Positions 29,563 through 39,833 of a stretch of DNA of 64,000 bases are shown here, in pieces (position 1 is the stretch's first letter; every line of letters starts with the position of its first letter). The position numbers and the translations under genes are program-made. The stretch is taken from assembly GCA_965223845.1 (NCBI GenBank), contig CBDCXR010000004.1, forward strand, positions 1,344,001-1,408,000, written 5' to 3'. The notes under the pieces were generated by a model, which did not search any database, was not told the DNA's origin, and worked only from the letters and a program-made list of their open reading frames with translations. Source of the DNA: Planctomycetota bacterium (GTDB lineage: Bacteria; Planctomycetota; UBA8108; SXIK01).

Positions 29563-31305
29563 TCAGTCGGTGTCGCCGCCGGCGATCGGCCGGACCTCGA
29601 CGAAGTACGCTCCGCGGCTCTTTCCGTTCGGGTCGGTGAGCCAAGTCTGAAGCTTTTGCGGTCCGGCGGCTGCTCGCGCCCGGAGCGTCACTGCGCTGGC
29701 GCCGGCGGGAACGGTCGCGGTCACTTCCGTCTCGCCGATCGCGAGACGCGCGCTCCGCGCCGTGAGTGGCTTGGCCTCACTCGCGGGTAGCGTGCGGAGG
29801 ACGAACTCGTAGAGACCTTCCCGCTCGACGTCGACCGCCCAGAAGCCGTTCGTCATCGGGGCGCGGCGGACCATCCCTTGATTCCACGGCGGATTCGGCC
29901 CGTGCCAGTCGTGGCAAGTGAGACGCGACGGCGACTCCTTCGGCGAGCCGAGGACTATGGGAACGAATTCCGCGAACCGCGGCGTCAAGCTCTCCCACCA
30001 CGCGTCGTACGCCGAGCGAAGTCTTGCGACGACCTTCGCGTGCGCATCGGCGACGTTCGTCGCTTGCGCCGGATCCGCCGCGAGATCGAAGAGCTCAGTG
30101 CCGTTGACGAGTCGCCAGCGTTTCGTCATCACCGCAGACTTGCGCCACTTCTTCGGGTGCTCGATCCGTTGCGAATGAACGAAGAGCGTGCGGTCGAGGG
30201 TCCCTTGTTCACCGCGGAGCATCGCGGCGAGGCTCGTCCCGTCGATTCGAAGATCCTTCGGAACTGTGACCCCGCAGAGACCGGCGAGTGTCGGAAGCAC
30301 GTCGATGTGCGCGGTCAGAACGTCGAGGTCGCGTCCGCGACCGGTTCCCCCGATCCCGCCTCCCGGCCAGCGAACGAAAAACGGCACTCGGTGACCGCCG
30401 TCGTATTCCGATCCCTTCTTTCCGCGCATTCCGGCGGAGAACCCCTTCCAGCTTCCTTCTTCCCCTCGACGTCCGCCGACTCCCGCGGCCGTTCCGTTGT
30501 CCGTCATGAAGACGATCACGGTGTCCGCGGCGATCTTCGTCTCGTCGAGCTTCGCGACGAGACGTCCGATGTTCTCGTCGATGTTCGTGATCATCCCGTA
30601 GAACCGAGCCATCGTGTTCGGCACCCCGCGATCGCGGTACGGCTTGCTGTAGCGTTCATCGACGAGAAACGGCCCGTGCGGCGCGTTCGTCGATAGGTAC
30701 GCGAAGAACGGGCGTTCATCGGACGCCGTGATGAAGCGGATCGCCTCGTTGAACCAGACGTCTGTGCAGTAACCTTCAACCTTCTCCGGCCGACCGTTGC
30801 GAAAGTACGTATCGTCGAAGTAGTCGTTTCCCCAGGCATCCGGCGTCTGGCCGACTCCGCCGCCGCCGTGTGCGAACGTGACTTCGAACCCGACGTCTTG
30901 CGGGCGCGACGGGTAGTTGTCGCCGAGATGCCATTTCCCGAACATGCCGGTGCGATAGCCGCTCCGGCGAAAGAGCTCGGCGATCGTGACCTCTTCCGGG
31001 CGCAACATCGAGCGACCCATGATCGTGTGCCAGACGCCGGTTCGCGTGGAGTAGCGACCGGTCATCAGCGCTGATCGAGTCGGAGAGCAGGTCGGATCGA
31101 CGTGGAAGTCGGTGAGCCGAACACTTTCGCCGTGAAGTCGATCGAGATGCGGCGTCTGGATCATCGTGTTCCCGTGTGCGCCGACGTCGCCGTAGCCCTG
31201 ATCATCCGTGATGATGACGATGACGTTTGGCGGCGCTGCGTGCAGCGATGCGGCGAGGGCAAGCCCGAGGAGTACGGCCGAAGCGAGCGATCGACGAAAG
31301 AGCAT
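29563..31305 (-). CDS. Arylsulfatase (Cys-type, formylglycine-dependent), secreted
   Basis: PNVIVIITDDQGYGD, CSPTRSALMTGRY, GKWHLG and DNG motifs; signal peptide. Confidence 0.93.
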   Translation of the reverse strand: MLFRRSLASAVLLGLALAASLHAAPPNVIVIITDDQGYGDVGAHGNTMIQTPHLDRLHGESVRLTDFHVDPTCSPTRSALMTGRYSTRTGVWHTIMGRSMLRPEEVTIAELFRRSGYRTGMFGKWHLGDNYPSRPQDVGFEVTFAHGGGGVGQTPDAWGNDYFDDTYFRNGRPEKVEGYCTDVWFNEAIRFITASDERPFFAYLSTNAPHGPFLVDERYSKPYRDRGVPNTMARFYGMITNIDENIGRLVAKLDETKIAADTVIVFMTDNGTAAGVGGRRGEEGSWKGFSAGMRGKKGSEYDGGHRVPFFVRWPGGGIGGTGRGRDLDVLTAHIDVLPTLAGLCGVTVPKDLRIDGTSLAAMLRGEQGTLDRTLFVHSQRIEHPKKWRKSAVMTKRWRLVNGTELFDLAADPAQATNVADAHAKVVARLRSAYDAWWESLTPRFAEFVPIVLGSPKESPSRLTCHDWHGPNPPWNQGMVRRAPMTNGFWAVDVEREGLYEFVLRTLPASEAKPLTARSARLAIGETEVTATVPAGASAVTLRARAAAGPQKLQTWLTDPNGKSRGAYFVEVRPIAGGDTD

Positions 31306-31561
31306 GTCTCTGATTCCTCATGTCGCGTGGAACTGGGAAGGCCGGTGATTGTACCTGAAGCTCGCGCTCGAATGTCGGGCGAGAGCCGGCTCGTCGACCC
31401 TGAGTTTCCCGACCGACCGCCCGAGGAGCAGCGTCCGGTGCGGCGTGAAGAAGTGGTAGGATAGACCGCGACGGATCGATCCCTGGGCGCAGGGGTCGCC
31501 GGGGGCAGCTACGGAATCGCACGCCCCGGTTGCGCGTGCGCGGGATCGCAAGGAGAAGGCG

Positions 31562-33817
31562 ATGCATCGGCACTTCGTGCTGTCGGTAGCTGTGCTGTTC
31601 GCGGGGGCGGCGACGGTCGCGGCGCAACCCACGGAGGAGGACGGTTCCATCCGCGCCTCGGAGTGGCTCGCGCTCGGTGTATTTCGGCATACGCTCCACT
31701 GCGATTCTCCGCTCGACGAGTCGTTTCGCGGGTTCGCGGCTCCGACGGTTCCCTTCTGCGAGTACCCGGCCGCGGGGGACGAGGCCGAGCTCGATCCGTT
31801 TCTCGCGCTCGCGATCGAGTACCGCGGACCGGTCGGTGAAAACGGCCATCCCGTTTGGCGACACTTTGCGCCCGACGTCCGGAGCGGAGACGTCAATCTC
31901 ACGGCGGATCCTGAGGTCGAGTGCTTCGGGCAGGACGGATTCGATTGCCATCGCCTCGTCACCTGGGCGGCCACGTACATCGAGTGGTCGGGACCGAATC
32001 CGGTCGCCGCCGAGCTCTGTCTCGGCATCGAGGACATCGGTCAGGTGTGGATCGACAATACGCTCGTCTTCGCGCGACCCGGTTGCCGCGAACGAGAGAC
32101 CTGCGCGGAGCGCGTTGCGGCGACGATCGCGCCGGGAGTGCACCGCGTTCTCGTCGGTTCGTTCGCCTCCGGTCTTCGCCGCGGATTTCGGCTCGCGTTT
32201 CAAGTGAACGGCCGACCCGTCGTCGAGGAGACGTTCGGATGGAGCTTCCTCGGCGTTGAACGGCCGTTCGACTTCGATCCGCCGGCCTGTCCGGACGTGA
32301 CGGAGCCGGTGAGCGGTCTCGCGTGCGAGAAGCGGGACTCGGGCGGCGTGGATCTTCGCTGGTCGAACGACACGGAGGCGGCGGGGGCCGACTCGCCGAT
32401 CGAAGTGCTGATCGACGGGGAGGTTGTGCTCACGCTCGCCGGCGATACCGAGAGCGCCGAGCTCGACGAGGCTGCGTTTCCCGATCTCGGCGAGCACGAG
32501 ATCTGCGTGCGCAACGGGAGCGGACTCCCCGCGTGCTGCTCGCTCACGCTTCTCGATCCCGTCTCGTCCGTCGAGTGCCGGCGAACGGGCGACGGCGGCG
32601 TGGAGCTGACGTGGGAGAATCCGGCCGACGCCCGTCCCGATCAGGAGATCGCCATCGAGGTCGCGGGCGAGCCGGTCGCGACGGTCTCGGGCGATCGCGA
32701 GTCGATCGTGCTCGAGGCGAATCTAGTCGAGGAGCCTCGCGTCGAGATTTGTGTCCGGAACGCTCGCGGCCTCCCCGCCTGCTGCCGCATCGGAGCGACG
32801 ACCGCCGAGGGCTTCATCACGACGCGCAATTGGCTCGCGATCGGTCCTTTTCTCCACGAGGTCGTCGGGTGTGACGGGCGCGATCGCGACGACCTGCTCC
32901 TCCGAGAGTTTTTGGCACCGGTCGAACGGCGCTGCCTCTTTCCCGAGATCGGAGACGACGTCGAGGTGGACCCTGATCTTCCGGGAGCGCTCGGGTACAT
33001 CGGCCCGAACTCGGAGCGCGGCTTTCCGTTTTGGCGCCTGTTCGACGACGGCGGCCTCGACGACGGCGACCAAGACCTCCGCGCGGACCGCGAAGCTCCG
33101 AGCGGAGACGGCACGGTCACCTGGCTCGCGACGTACCTCGAGTACACCGGCGCCGGGCCGGTGAACGTCACCGCTTGCTTCGGATTCGATGACGCCGGCG
33201 AACTCTGGATCGATGGCGCGCTCGTCTTCCATCGCAATACCTGCGGGGGACGAGAGCTCTGCGAGCACCGAGCCGAGGTGACGCTCTCGCCGGGGCCGCA
33301 TCGAATCCTCCTCGGCACCTACAATCTCGTTGGTGCGTGGGGGACGAGCTTCGCGCTTCGGATCGGAGAGACTCCGATTCGCGATGATCCGGAGGCCTTC
33401 CCCGACTGGGTGTTCCACGGCGTTGAGCCGCCCGGGAGACCGATCCCCTGCGACGACAGCGAAACGAACTGCCACGACTCGCTCGACAACGATTCGGACG
33501 GGTTCGTCGACTGTGACGACGATGACTGCTCCGATCGCCCGTGCGGTCCCCTCCCGCTCTTTCGGCGCGGGGACTCGAACCACGACGGCGGCGTGAACCT
33601 TGCGGATGCGATCTTCGTCCTCAACCATCTGTTCGGGGATGGAGAGGAGCCGAAGTGCTTCGCCGCGGCGGATATCAACGGAGCGGGGAACGTCACGATC
33701 GCTTCGGCGATCTACCTCCTCAACTTCCTCTTCGGCGATGGTGATCCGCCGCCCGAGCCGTTCATGAGCTGCGGCGCCGACCCGGACGCGAGCTGCGTGC
33801 AAACACCGGGCTGCTGA
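31562..33817 (+). CDS. Secreted Cys-rich multidomain protein (A-B-B-A repeats, DxDxDG Ca-binding motif, dockerin-like tail)
   Basis: Signal peptide; two ~215-aa WLALG/WLAIG...W.ATY.E...D.G..WID repeats; two EICVRN..GLPACC repeats; CHDSLDNDSDGFVDCDDDDC; FRRGDSNHDG tail. Confidence 0.85.
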   Translation: MHRHFVLSVAVLFAGAATVAAQPTEEDGSIRASEWLALGVFRHTLHCDSPLDESFRGFAAPTVPFCEYPAAGDEAELDPFLALAIEYRGPVGENGHPVWRHFAPDVRSGDVNLTADPEVECFGQDGFDCHRLVTWAATYIEWSGPNPVAAELCLGIEDIGQVWIDNTLVFARPGCRERETCAERVAATIAPGVHRVLVGSFASGLRRGFRLAFQVNGRPVVEETFGWSFLGVERPFDFDPPACPDVTEPVSGLACEKRDSGGVDLRWSNDTEAAGADSPIEVLIDGEVVLTLAGDTESAELDEAAFPDLGEHEICVRNGSGLPACCSLTLLDPVSSVECRRTGDGGVELTWENPADARPDQEIAIEVAGEPVATVSGDRESIVLEANLVEEPRVEICVRNARGLPACCRIGATTAEGFITTRNWLAIGPFLHEVVGCDGRDRDDLLLREFLAPVERRCLFPEIGDDVEVDPDLPGALGYIGPNSERGFPFWRLFDDGGLDDGDQDLRADREAPSGDGTVTWLATYLEYTGAGPVNVTACFGFDDAGELWIDGALVFHRNTCGGRELCEHRAEVTLSPGPHRILLGTYNLVGAWGTSFALRIGETPIRDDPEAFPDWVFHGVEPPGRPIPCDDSETNCHDSLDNDSDGFVDCDDDDCSDRPCGPLPLFRRGDSNHDGGVNLADAIFVLNHLFGDGEEPKCFAAADINGAGNVTIASAIYLLNFLFGDGDPPPEPFMSCGADPDASCVQTPGC

Positions 33818-34044
33818 CGGTCAGAGGGCGCGACCATCGCCACGCGATAGGGGCGTCGATCGCTCTCCCCAGCGAATCTGCTGAGGATCCGTGCTCGCGA
33901 CTGGTATCCTCTCGGGCCGCGATCCGTCGCCCGTTCGAGCGCGGAGGGGCGGTGGGCTCGGCGCGGCGTCCACTCTCGAAGTCCGCGTGTCGGCGCCGCG
34001 CGTGGGCGTCCGTAAGGCGCGCGAGTCGATCCCCGAGTCCCCGA

Positions 34045-35334
34045 GTGAATTCATCCCCTCGAGCTGAAGACCGAAGCGAGGCGCGCGCGATCCTCTTCTA
34101 CACATGCGTGGCGCACGCGCTCACGCATGTCTACATGCTCCTCTTCACGCCGATTCAGGAGCCGATGCGTGCGAGCTTCGGGCTCGACCGGGCGGAGTTT
34201 CTCGGCTACGTCACGATCAGTGGGGCGCTCTTCGGGCTCGGATCGCTGCCGGCGGGGTGGCTCGGCGACCGCTGGGGCGAGAAGCGGCTTCTCGTGGCGT
34301 TTTTCGTTCTGTGTGCTTTGGGCGCGGGCGCCATCGGCCTCGCCGAGGCGCGCTGGCAGCTCGCTCTCGGGATGGCCCTCCTCGGGCTCGGAGCGAGCAT
34401 CTTCCATCCCGTCGGAAACGTCATGATCGCGAAGGGGCTTCCGCGTCCGGGGCGGGCGATGGGGATCAACGGACTCTGGGGAAGCCTCGGGACGGCGCTC
34501 GCGCCGATCTTCGCCGCCCAGGCGACGGCGATCGCCGGGTGGCGCTGGGCCTATTTGATCTCGGGTGCTCCCGCCCTCGTCTTCGCGATCCTTCTCGTTC
34601 GAGCGGATCTCCCGAGCGTCTCCCGGCCCTCGGACACGTCGGCGAGCGCCGACGGCGATCGATCTTGCGAAGACAGCAAGAGCCCGGGGCTCACCGCGAG
34701 CGCCGGGCGGCGGTCGTCGCCGAGGGGCCGGTGGGTGCTCGCGCTGATCCTCGCCGCGATGACCGCGGGCGGTGTCTGTTTTCACCTCTTCACGACTCAG
34801 CTCCCCAACCACGTCGAGGCCCGGCTCGCGACGTTCTCGGGGGGCGCGCGCGAGTGGCTCGCCCCGCTCTTCAGCGATCCCGTGCTCGGCGCGGGATACT
34901 TCGTTGGGCTTGCTCTCGCGATCGGCGGCGTCGGACAGCTCGTCGCCGGTCGGCTCGTCGATCGGACCGACGGTAGGAGGCTGTACGTGGTCGTCCTCGC
35001 GATCGTGGTCCCGCTCCTCCTTCTCATCGGGCCGGCGGTGGGGTGGCAGCTCGTCGCGGTGAGCGCGGTCGCCTGTGGCTTCCTTTTTGCTGTTCAGCCC
35101 ATCGAGAACATCCTTCTCGCCCAATCGTCCCCGCCAGGGAGACGCGGGTTGATCTTCGGTACGAAGTTCGTCCTCGTCTTCGGTGTGGGCGGCCTCGGGA
35201 CCTACGGGAGCGGCCTCCTCCGCGATCACTTCGGACTCCCCGCGGTGTTCACGGCTGCGGCCCTCCTCGTCGCAGTCGCGGTCGCCTGCGCGGCGCTGGC
35301 GGCAATCGTCGGGGCGCGAGTTCGGGCCTCGTAG
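34045..35334 (+). CDS. MFS transporter (FsR-like)
   Basis: About 12 hydrophobic segments; GWLGDRWGEK motif A; FHPVG. Start uncertain (33952 or 34045). Confidence 0.88.
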   Translation: MNSSPRAEDRSEARAILFYTCVAHALTHVYMLLFTPIQEPMRASFGLDRAEFLGYVTISGALFGLGSLPAGWLGDRWGEKRLLVAFFVLCALGAGAIGLAEARWQLALGMALLGLGASIFHPVGNVMIAKGLPRPGRAMGINGLWGSLGTALAPIFAAQATAIAGWRWAYLISGAPALVFAILLVRADLPSVSRPSDTSASADGDRSCEDSKSPGLTASAGRRSSPRGRWVLALILAAMTAGGVCFHLFTTQLPNHVEARLATFSGGAREWLAPLFSDPVLGAGYFVGLALAIGGVGQLVAGRLVDRTDGRRLYVVVLAIVVPLLLLIGPAVGWQLVAVSAVACGFLFAVQPIENILLAQSSPPGRRGLIFGTKFVLVFGVGGLGTYGSGLLRDHFGLPAVFTAAALLVAVAVACAALAAIVGARVRAS

Positions 35335-35418
35335 GGGCCCGGTCGCGCCCGCCCCCGGGCCTCCTCGACACTGAGTCTTAGCTGCCGTTTTAGCCGGAAC
35401 GCGACCGCCGCGGGCAAT

Positions 35419-35448
35419 TTGCCGTCGGTCCGGCGAAGGGCCTATAAT
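35419..35448 (+). promoter_or_regulatory. Candidate sigma70 promoter TTGCCG-N18-TATAAT
   Basis: Perfect -10 hexamer in an AT-richer intergenic patch, about 145 bp upstream of the metalloprotease. Confidence 0.6.
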
Positions 35449-35594
35449 CTAAACTGTCAAAAAGGTGGGTAGAAGCCCGGTCGTGAGACCCGGAGGCGCC
35501 GCTTGAGCAGGCGCTCCGCGCTCGCGACCGCGCAGAATTTCGGGCGTACGTACGGGTCGATCGAACGACACCAAATCTCCAAGGAAGAAGCGTG

Positions 35595-38500
35595 ATGAAC
35601 AGAGTGCTCTCTGCTGGCGGGCTCCTCGCGGTGCTCCTCGTCGTGATCTTGGCTGCACCGACTCCCGTCTGTGCGCAGCGCCAGCTCCCGCCTTTCGCCG
35701 ACGTTCTGAAGGGCTACCGGCAAGTCGCTCCGAAGGAAGGCTCGCGCGGACTCTACAACATCTGGCGCCGCGATTCCGACGCGCAGCTCTACGCCGAGTT
35801 GCCGTCCGATTACACTCGCTCGCGCTACTTCATCGCCCTCACGATCGCGAGCGGTGAGCGCTTCGCCGGCCTTCAGTTTGGCGACCTCTACGTCTACTGG
35901 CGTCGCTACGGCAATCGCCTCGCTCTCATGGAGCCGAACATCTCGACGCGCTCTTCCGGCGATCCCGAGTCGAAGAGCTCGGTGAAGCGCCTCTTCACGG
36001 ATCGCGTGATCTTGGACGTTCCGATCGTCACGATGGGTCCGACCGGCGGGCCGGTGATCGATCTCGACTCGCTCCTCCTCGGACGAGCGTCGACCTTCTT
36101 CGGAAGCGCGGCGCGCGTATCGAACCCGGCGCTCTCGACGATCAAGCAGACCAAGGTGTTTCCGCGGAACGTCGAGATCGCGATCGAGGCGCCGATGAGC
36201 GGTGGCCGCCTGAAGACTCTTCATTACTCGATCAGCGTGATCAAGGGTTCGTCGGGATACCGTCCCCGCAAGGCCGACCAGCGCGTCGGGTACTTCACGA
36301 CGTCGCATACGGACCTCGGAACCTTCGACGATGACAAGAAGCGAGTTCGATTCATCAACCGCTGGCATCTCGAGAAAGCCGAGCCTTCGCTCAAGCGGAG
36401 CCCGGTCAAACGGCCGATCGAGTTCTACATCGAGCACACCACGCCGATCCGCTACCGCCGATGGGTGCGCGAGGGGATCCTCTACTGGAGTCGAGCGTTC
36501 GAGAAAATCGGCCTCCTCAACGCGATCGTCGTCCACCAGCAGGACGCGCGCACCGGGCGCTACATGGACCTCGACCCGGAGGACGTGAACTACAACTTCG
36601 TCCGCTGGCTGAACAACGACATCGGGACGGCGATCGGGCCGAGCCGGGTCAATCCGATGACCGGTGAGATTCTCGATGCGGACATCATCATGACCGACGG
36701 CTGGATCCGGAGCTTCTACGAGGATTTTCACAAGTTGCTCCCGAAGATCGCCCTCGAGGGCTTTGGGCCGGAGTCGCTCGCGTGGCTCCACCAGCACCCG
36801 AATTGGGACCCGCGGATCCGTCTCGCGCATCCCGAGCATCGCGCGGATCTCCTGGCCGCGCGTCGGTCGGAGGGTCTGCCGACTTTCGGGGGACATCCGC
36901 TCGGACACGTCTCTCCGCTCATCGGCGACGACGAATTCGACGGCCTCGTCGGCCGGACGAGCCAGCTGAACGGGATGTGCCTCGCGGCGACGGGACGGGG
37001 TTTCGACCTCAGCGTTCTACGCGCGAGCCTCGCCCTTCTCACCGGCGAAGAAACTCTGAGCGACGGCGAAGAGCCGAAAGAAGGCGAGGAGAAGCCGAAG
37101 GAGTCCGAGAAGGACGAAGAGAAAAAGAAGGAAGAGAAGGGCGAAAAGGAAGAAGGCGAGAAGAAGGACGAAGCCAAGAAGGAAGAAAAGAAAGACGAGG
37201 GAAAGAAGGACGAGAAGAAAGACGAGAAGAAGGAAGAAAAGCCGAAGAAGCCCGACGAGGATCTCCTCGACGGAATTCCCGAGAGCTTCATCGGCCCGCT
37301 CATCGCCGATCTCATCGCGCACGAAGTTGGACACACGCTCGGTCTTCGCCACAACTTCAAGGCGTCGAGCATCTACAGCCTCGACGAGATCAACAGCAAA
37401 GCGCTCGACGACAAGCCGATCGCGGGGTCGGTCATGGACTACCTCCCGATCAACATCAACATGGACAAGGACGCCGTGCAGGGCGAGTACGCGATGCCCG
37501 CCATCGGTCCCTACGACATGTGGGCGATCGAGTACGGCTACGCCCTCAAGGACAGCGATCTCAAGAAGATCCTGAGCCGGGTCGCCGATCCCGCGCTCCA
37601 GTACGCGACCGACGAGGACACCTACGGACCCGATCCCTTTGCCCGTCGCTACGACTTCAGCGCGAAGCCTCTCGAGTACGCGGCGAGCCAGATGCGGCTC
37701 GTCAAGTACCACCGCGAGCGTCTCCTCGAGAAGTACGTCAAGGATGGGGACAGCTGGGCGAAGGCGCGTCAGGGATACGAGATGACGTTCTCGATGCAGA
37801 TCCGTTCGGTCAGCATGATGGCGAATTGGGTCGGCGGCGCGTTCGTCCACCGCGACAAGAAGGGCGACAAGAACGCGCGGCCTCCGGTGATCGTCGTCCC
37901 GGCGGAACGGCAGCGGAAGGCGCTCTCCTTCGTCATCGAGAACTCGTTCTTCGACGAAGCGTTCGGCCTCACGCCCAAGCTTCTTCAGTACATGAGCGTC
38001 GACCAGTGGCTCGACGGCGGCTTCTTCAGCCTCGCGAGCGCCACCTGGCCGGTGCACGACCGAATCATGGGAATCCAATCGTCCGCGCTGACGATGCTCA
38101 TGAATCCGTCGACGCTGCGAAACGTCTATGACAACGAATTCCGGACCCCGAACGGCGACGACATGGTGACGCTCGCCGAGCTTCTCACGACGGTGAAGGC
38201 GGCGATCTGGAAAGAACTCGACGAGCATCCGCTGAAGAAGCACACCGCGCGGAATCCGTGGCTCTCGAGTCTTCGACGAAACCTCCAGCGCGAGCATCTC
38301 GAGCGACTCATCGACCTGAGCATGCCGGGGGCGGGGAGCGGCGCGGCGTACAAGCCGATCTCGAACCTCGCGCTCGTTCAGCTCCGCGACCTGAGCGAGA
38401 AGATCCAGCACGGACTCGACCACCGCGCCGAGATCGACGAGTACTCCTACGCGCATCTCGTCGAGGCGGACCTTCGCATCAAGAAGGCGCTCGACGCGCA

Positions 38501-38597
38501 GTTCATCTACAACGCCGACGACGTCGGTGGCGGTGGCTTCGGGTCGTTCTTCTTCTTCAAGAACCCGGCGAACGGCGCGAAGAGCTCCGAGAACTGA
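35595..38597 (+). CDS. Secreted zinc-dependent metalloprotease (DUF5117/DUF4953, EcxA-like metzincin)
   Basis: Signal peptide; RKADQRVGYF, RFINRWHLEK, NPMTGEILDADI, HEVGHTLGLRHNF and the SVMDY Met-turn. Confidence 0.92.
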   Translation: MNRVLSAGGLLAVLLVVILAAPTPVCAQRQLPPFADVLKGYRQVAPKEGSRGLYNIWRRDSDAQLYAELPSDYTRSRYFIALTIASGERFAGLQFGDLYVYWRRYGNRLALMEPNISTRSSGDPESKSSVKRLFTDRVILDVPIVTMGPTGGPVIDLDSLLLGRASTFFGSAARVSNPALSTIKQTKVFPRNVEIAIEAPMSGGRLKTLHYSISVIKGSSGYRPRKADQRVGYFTTSHTDLGTFDDDKKRVRFINRWHLEKAEPSLKRSPVKRPIEFYIEHTTPIRYRRWVREGILYWSRAFEKIGLLNAIVVHQQDARTGRYMDLDPEDVNYNFVRWLNNDIGTAIGPSRVNPMTGEILDADIIMTDGWIRSFYEDFHKLLPKIALEGFGPESLAWLHQHPNWDPRIRLAHPEHRADLLAARRSEGLPTFGGHPLGHVSPLIGDDEFDGLVGRTSQLNGMCLAATGRGFDLSVLRASLALLTGEETLSDGEEPKEGEEKPKESEKDEEKKKEEKGEKEEGEKKDEAKKEEKKDEGKKDEKKDEKKEEKPKKPDEDLLDGIPESFIGPLIADLIAHEVGHTLGLRHNFKASSIYSLDEINSKALDDKPIAGSVMDYLPININMDKDAVQGEYAMPAIGPYDMWAIEYGYALKDSDLKKILSRVADPALQYATDEDTYGPDPFARRYDFSAKPLEYAASQMRLVKYHRERLLEKYVKDGDSWAKARQGYEMTFSMQIRSVSMMANWVGGAFVHRDKKGDKNARPPVIVVPAERQRKALSFVIENSFFDEAFGLTPKLLQYMSVDQWLDGGFFSLASATWPVHDRIMGIQSSALTMLMNPSTLRNVYDNEFRTPNGDDMVTLAELLTTVKAAIWKELDEHPLKKHTARNPWLSSLRRNLQREHLERLIDLSMPGAGSGAAYKPISNLALVQLRDLSEKIQHGLDHRAEIDEYSYAHLVEADLRIKKALDAQFIYNADDVGGGGFGSFFFFKNPANGAKSSEN
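37066..37262 (+). repeat. Purine-rich low-complexity tract encoding a K/E/D-rich linker
   Basis: EEPKEGEEKPKESEKDEEKKKEEKGEKEEGEKKDEAKKEEKKDEGKKDEKKDEKKEEKPKKPDED; imperfect GAGAAGAAGGAC-type repeats. Confidence 0.9.
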
Positions 38598-38817
38598 GCT
38601 CGCGCCGCGCGCGCAAGGCTTCGCTGCGACGAGCCCTCATCCGGCGACGATCCGCCGGGTGAGGGCTCGTTTCTTTGTTCCGACCTCGTTCGAGTCGTCG
38701 GGCGTCGCCCGGCGGGAAAACGGTTCTGCTCGTCTCACCGCGAGCGTACAATCCCTGCCACGTCTCCCGCGGCGAAGCGCGGGAGGGACCGAGAGCGAAT
38801 GCTGAGGAGGAGTCGTC

Positions 38818-39816
38818 GTGGCCGCGGGTGGATCCAAGTTGGCGGTGGTGAGTGCGCTCGTCGGCAACACCTTCGTGATGATCGCGAAGTTCGTCGCCTT
38901 CTTCTTCACGGGATCCGGCGCGATCCTCTCCGAGGCGATCCACACCGTCGCCGACCTGCTCAATCAGGTGCTTCTCTTCATCGGAATCGTGCGGTCGGCG
39001 AAGCCGGCGGACGAGTCGTTCGAGTTCGGCTACGGTGCCGAGCGCCACGTGTGGGCCCTGATCTCGGCGGTCGGGATCTTTTTTCTCGGGTGCGGTGTGA
39101 CCGGGTACCACGGGATCCACGGGCTCCTCGATCCGAGCGAGTTCAAGGATCTCGGCTGGGCGATTGGAGTCCTCGTCGTCTCGTTCGCGATCGAGCTTTT
39201 CATCCTGATCGTGGCGGTTCGCGCGGTCACGAAGGGGCGCGACCGCTCCGTTCCCCTCCTCAAGTACCTTCGCCGCGAAGCGGATCCGGCCGGAGTCGCG
39301 GTCATCCTCGAGGATACGGCGGCGTGCGTCGGCGTGCTCATCGCGCTCGCCGCGATCGCGCTCACGCAAATCACCGGACAGAACTACTGGGACGCGATCG
39401 GGTCGCTCCTCGTCTCCGTGCTCCTCGGCGCGGTGGCGATCTGGCTGATTTGGCGCAATCGGGACCTCCTCGTCGGGCCGTCCGTTCCTCCTCACATCCG
39501 CACACAGATTCAGAAGATTCTCGCGGCGAACCCTGCGGTCGAGGAGATCGTCGACCTCCGCACGCGCGTCCTCGACAGCGAGACGTACCGCGTCCGGGCG
39601 AACGTGCGCTTCGACGGCTCCACCCTGGCCGAGAGGCTCGAGGCGCATGTCGAGGCCGACTTCGAGCGTCTCGGGTCGGAGGAGGACTTTCGCGCGTTCC
39701 GCGCTCGCTTTGCCGACCAGATCGTCGACCTACTCGCCGAGGAGATCGACGCGATCGAGAAGCGGATCCGGTCGGCCGTTCCGAAGGCTAGTCGGCTCGA
39801 CATCGAGGCGGACTGA
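38818..39816 (+). CDS. Cation diffusion facilitator (CDF) transporter, ZnT9/MTP7-like
   Basis: SGAILSEAIHTVAD, FGYG.ER.VWALISAVGIF, VILEDTAA and WDAIGS motifs; GTG start after GAGGAGG. Confidence 0.9.
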   Translation: MAAGGSKLAVVSALVGNTFVMIAKFVAFFFTGSGAILSEAIHTVADLLNQVLLFIGIVRSAKPADESFEFGYGAERHVWALISAVGIFFLGCGVTGYHGIHGLLDPSEFKDLGWAIGVLVVSFAIELFILIVAVRAVTKGRDRSVPLLKYLRREADPAGVAVILEDTAACVGVLIALAAIALTQITGQNYWDAIGSLLVSVLLGAVAIWLIWRNRDLLVGPSVPPHIRTQIQKILAANPAVEEIVDLRTRVLDSETYRVRANVRFDGSTLAERLEAHVEADFERLGSEEDFRAFRARFADQIVDLLAEEIDAIEKRIRSAVPKASRLDIEAD

Positions 39817-39833
39817 GGGGGACGCGTTCGGCG

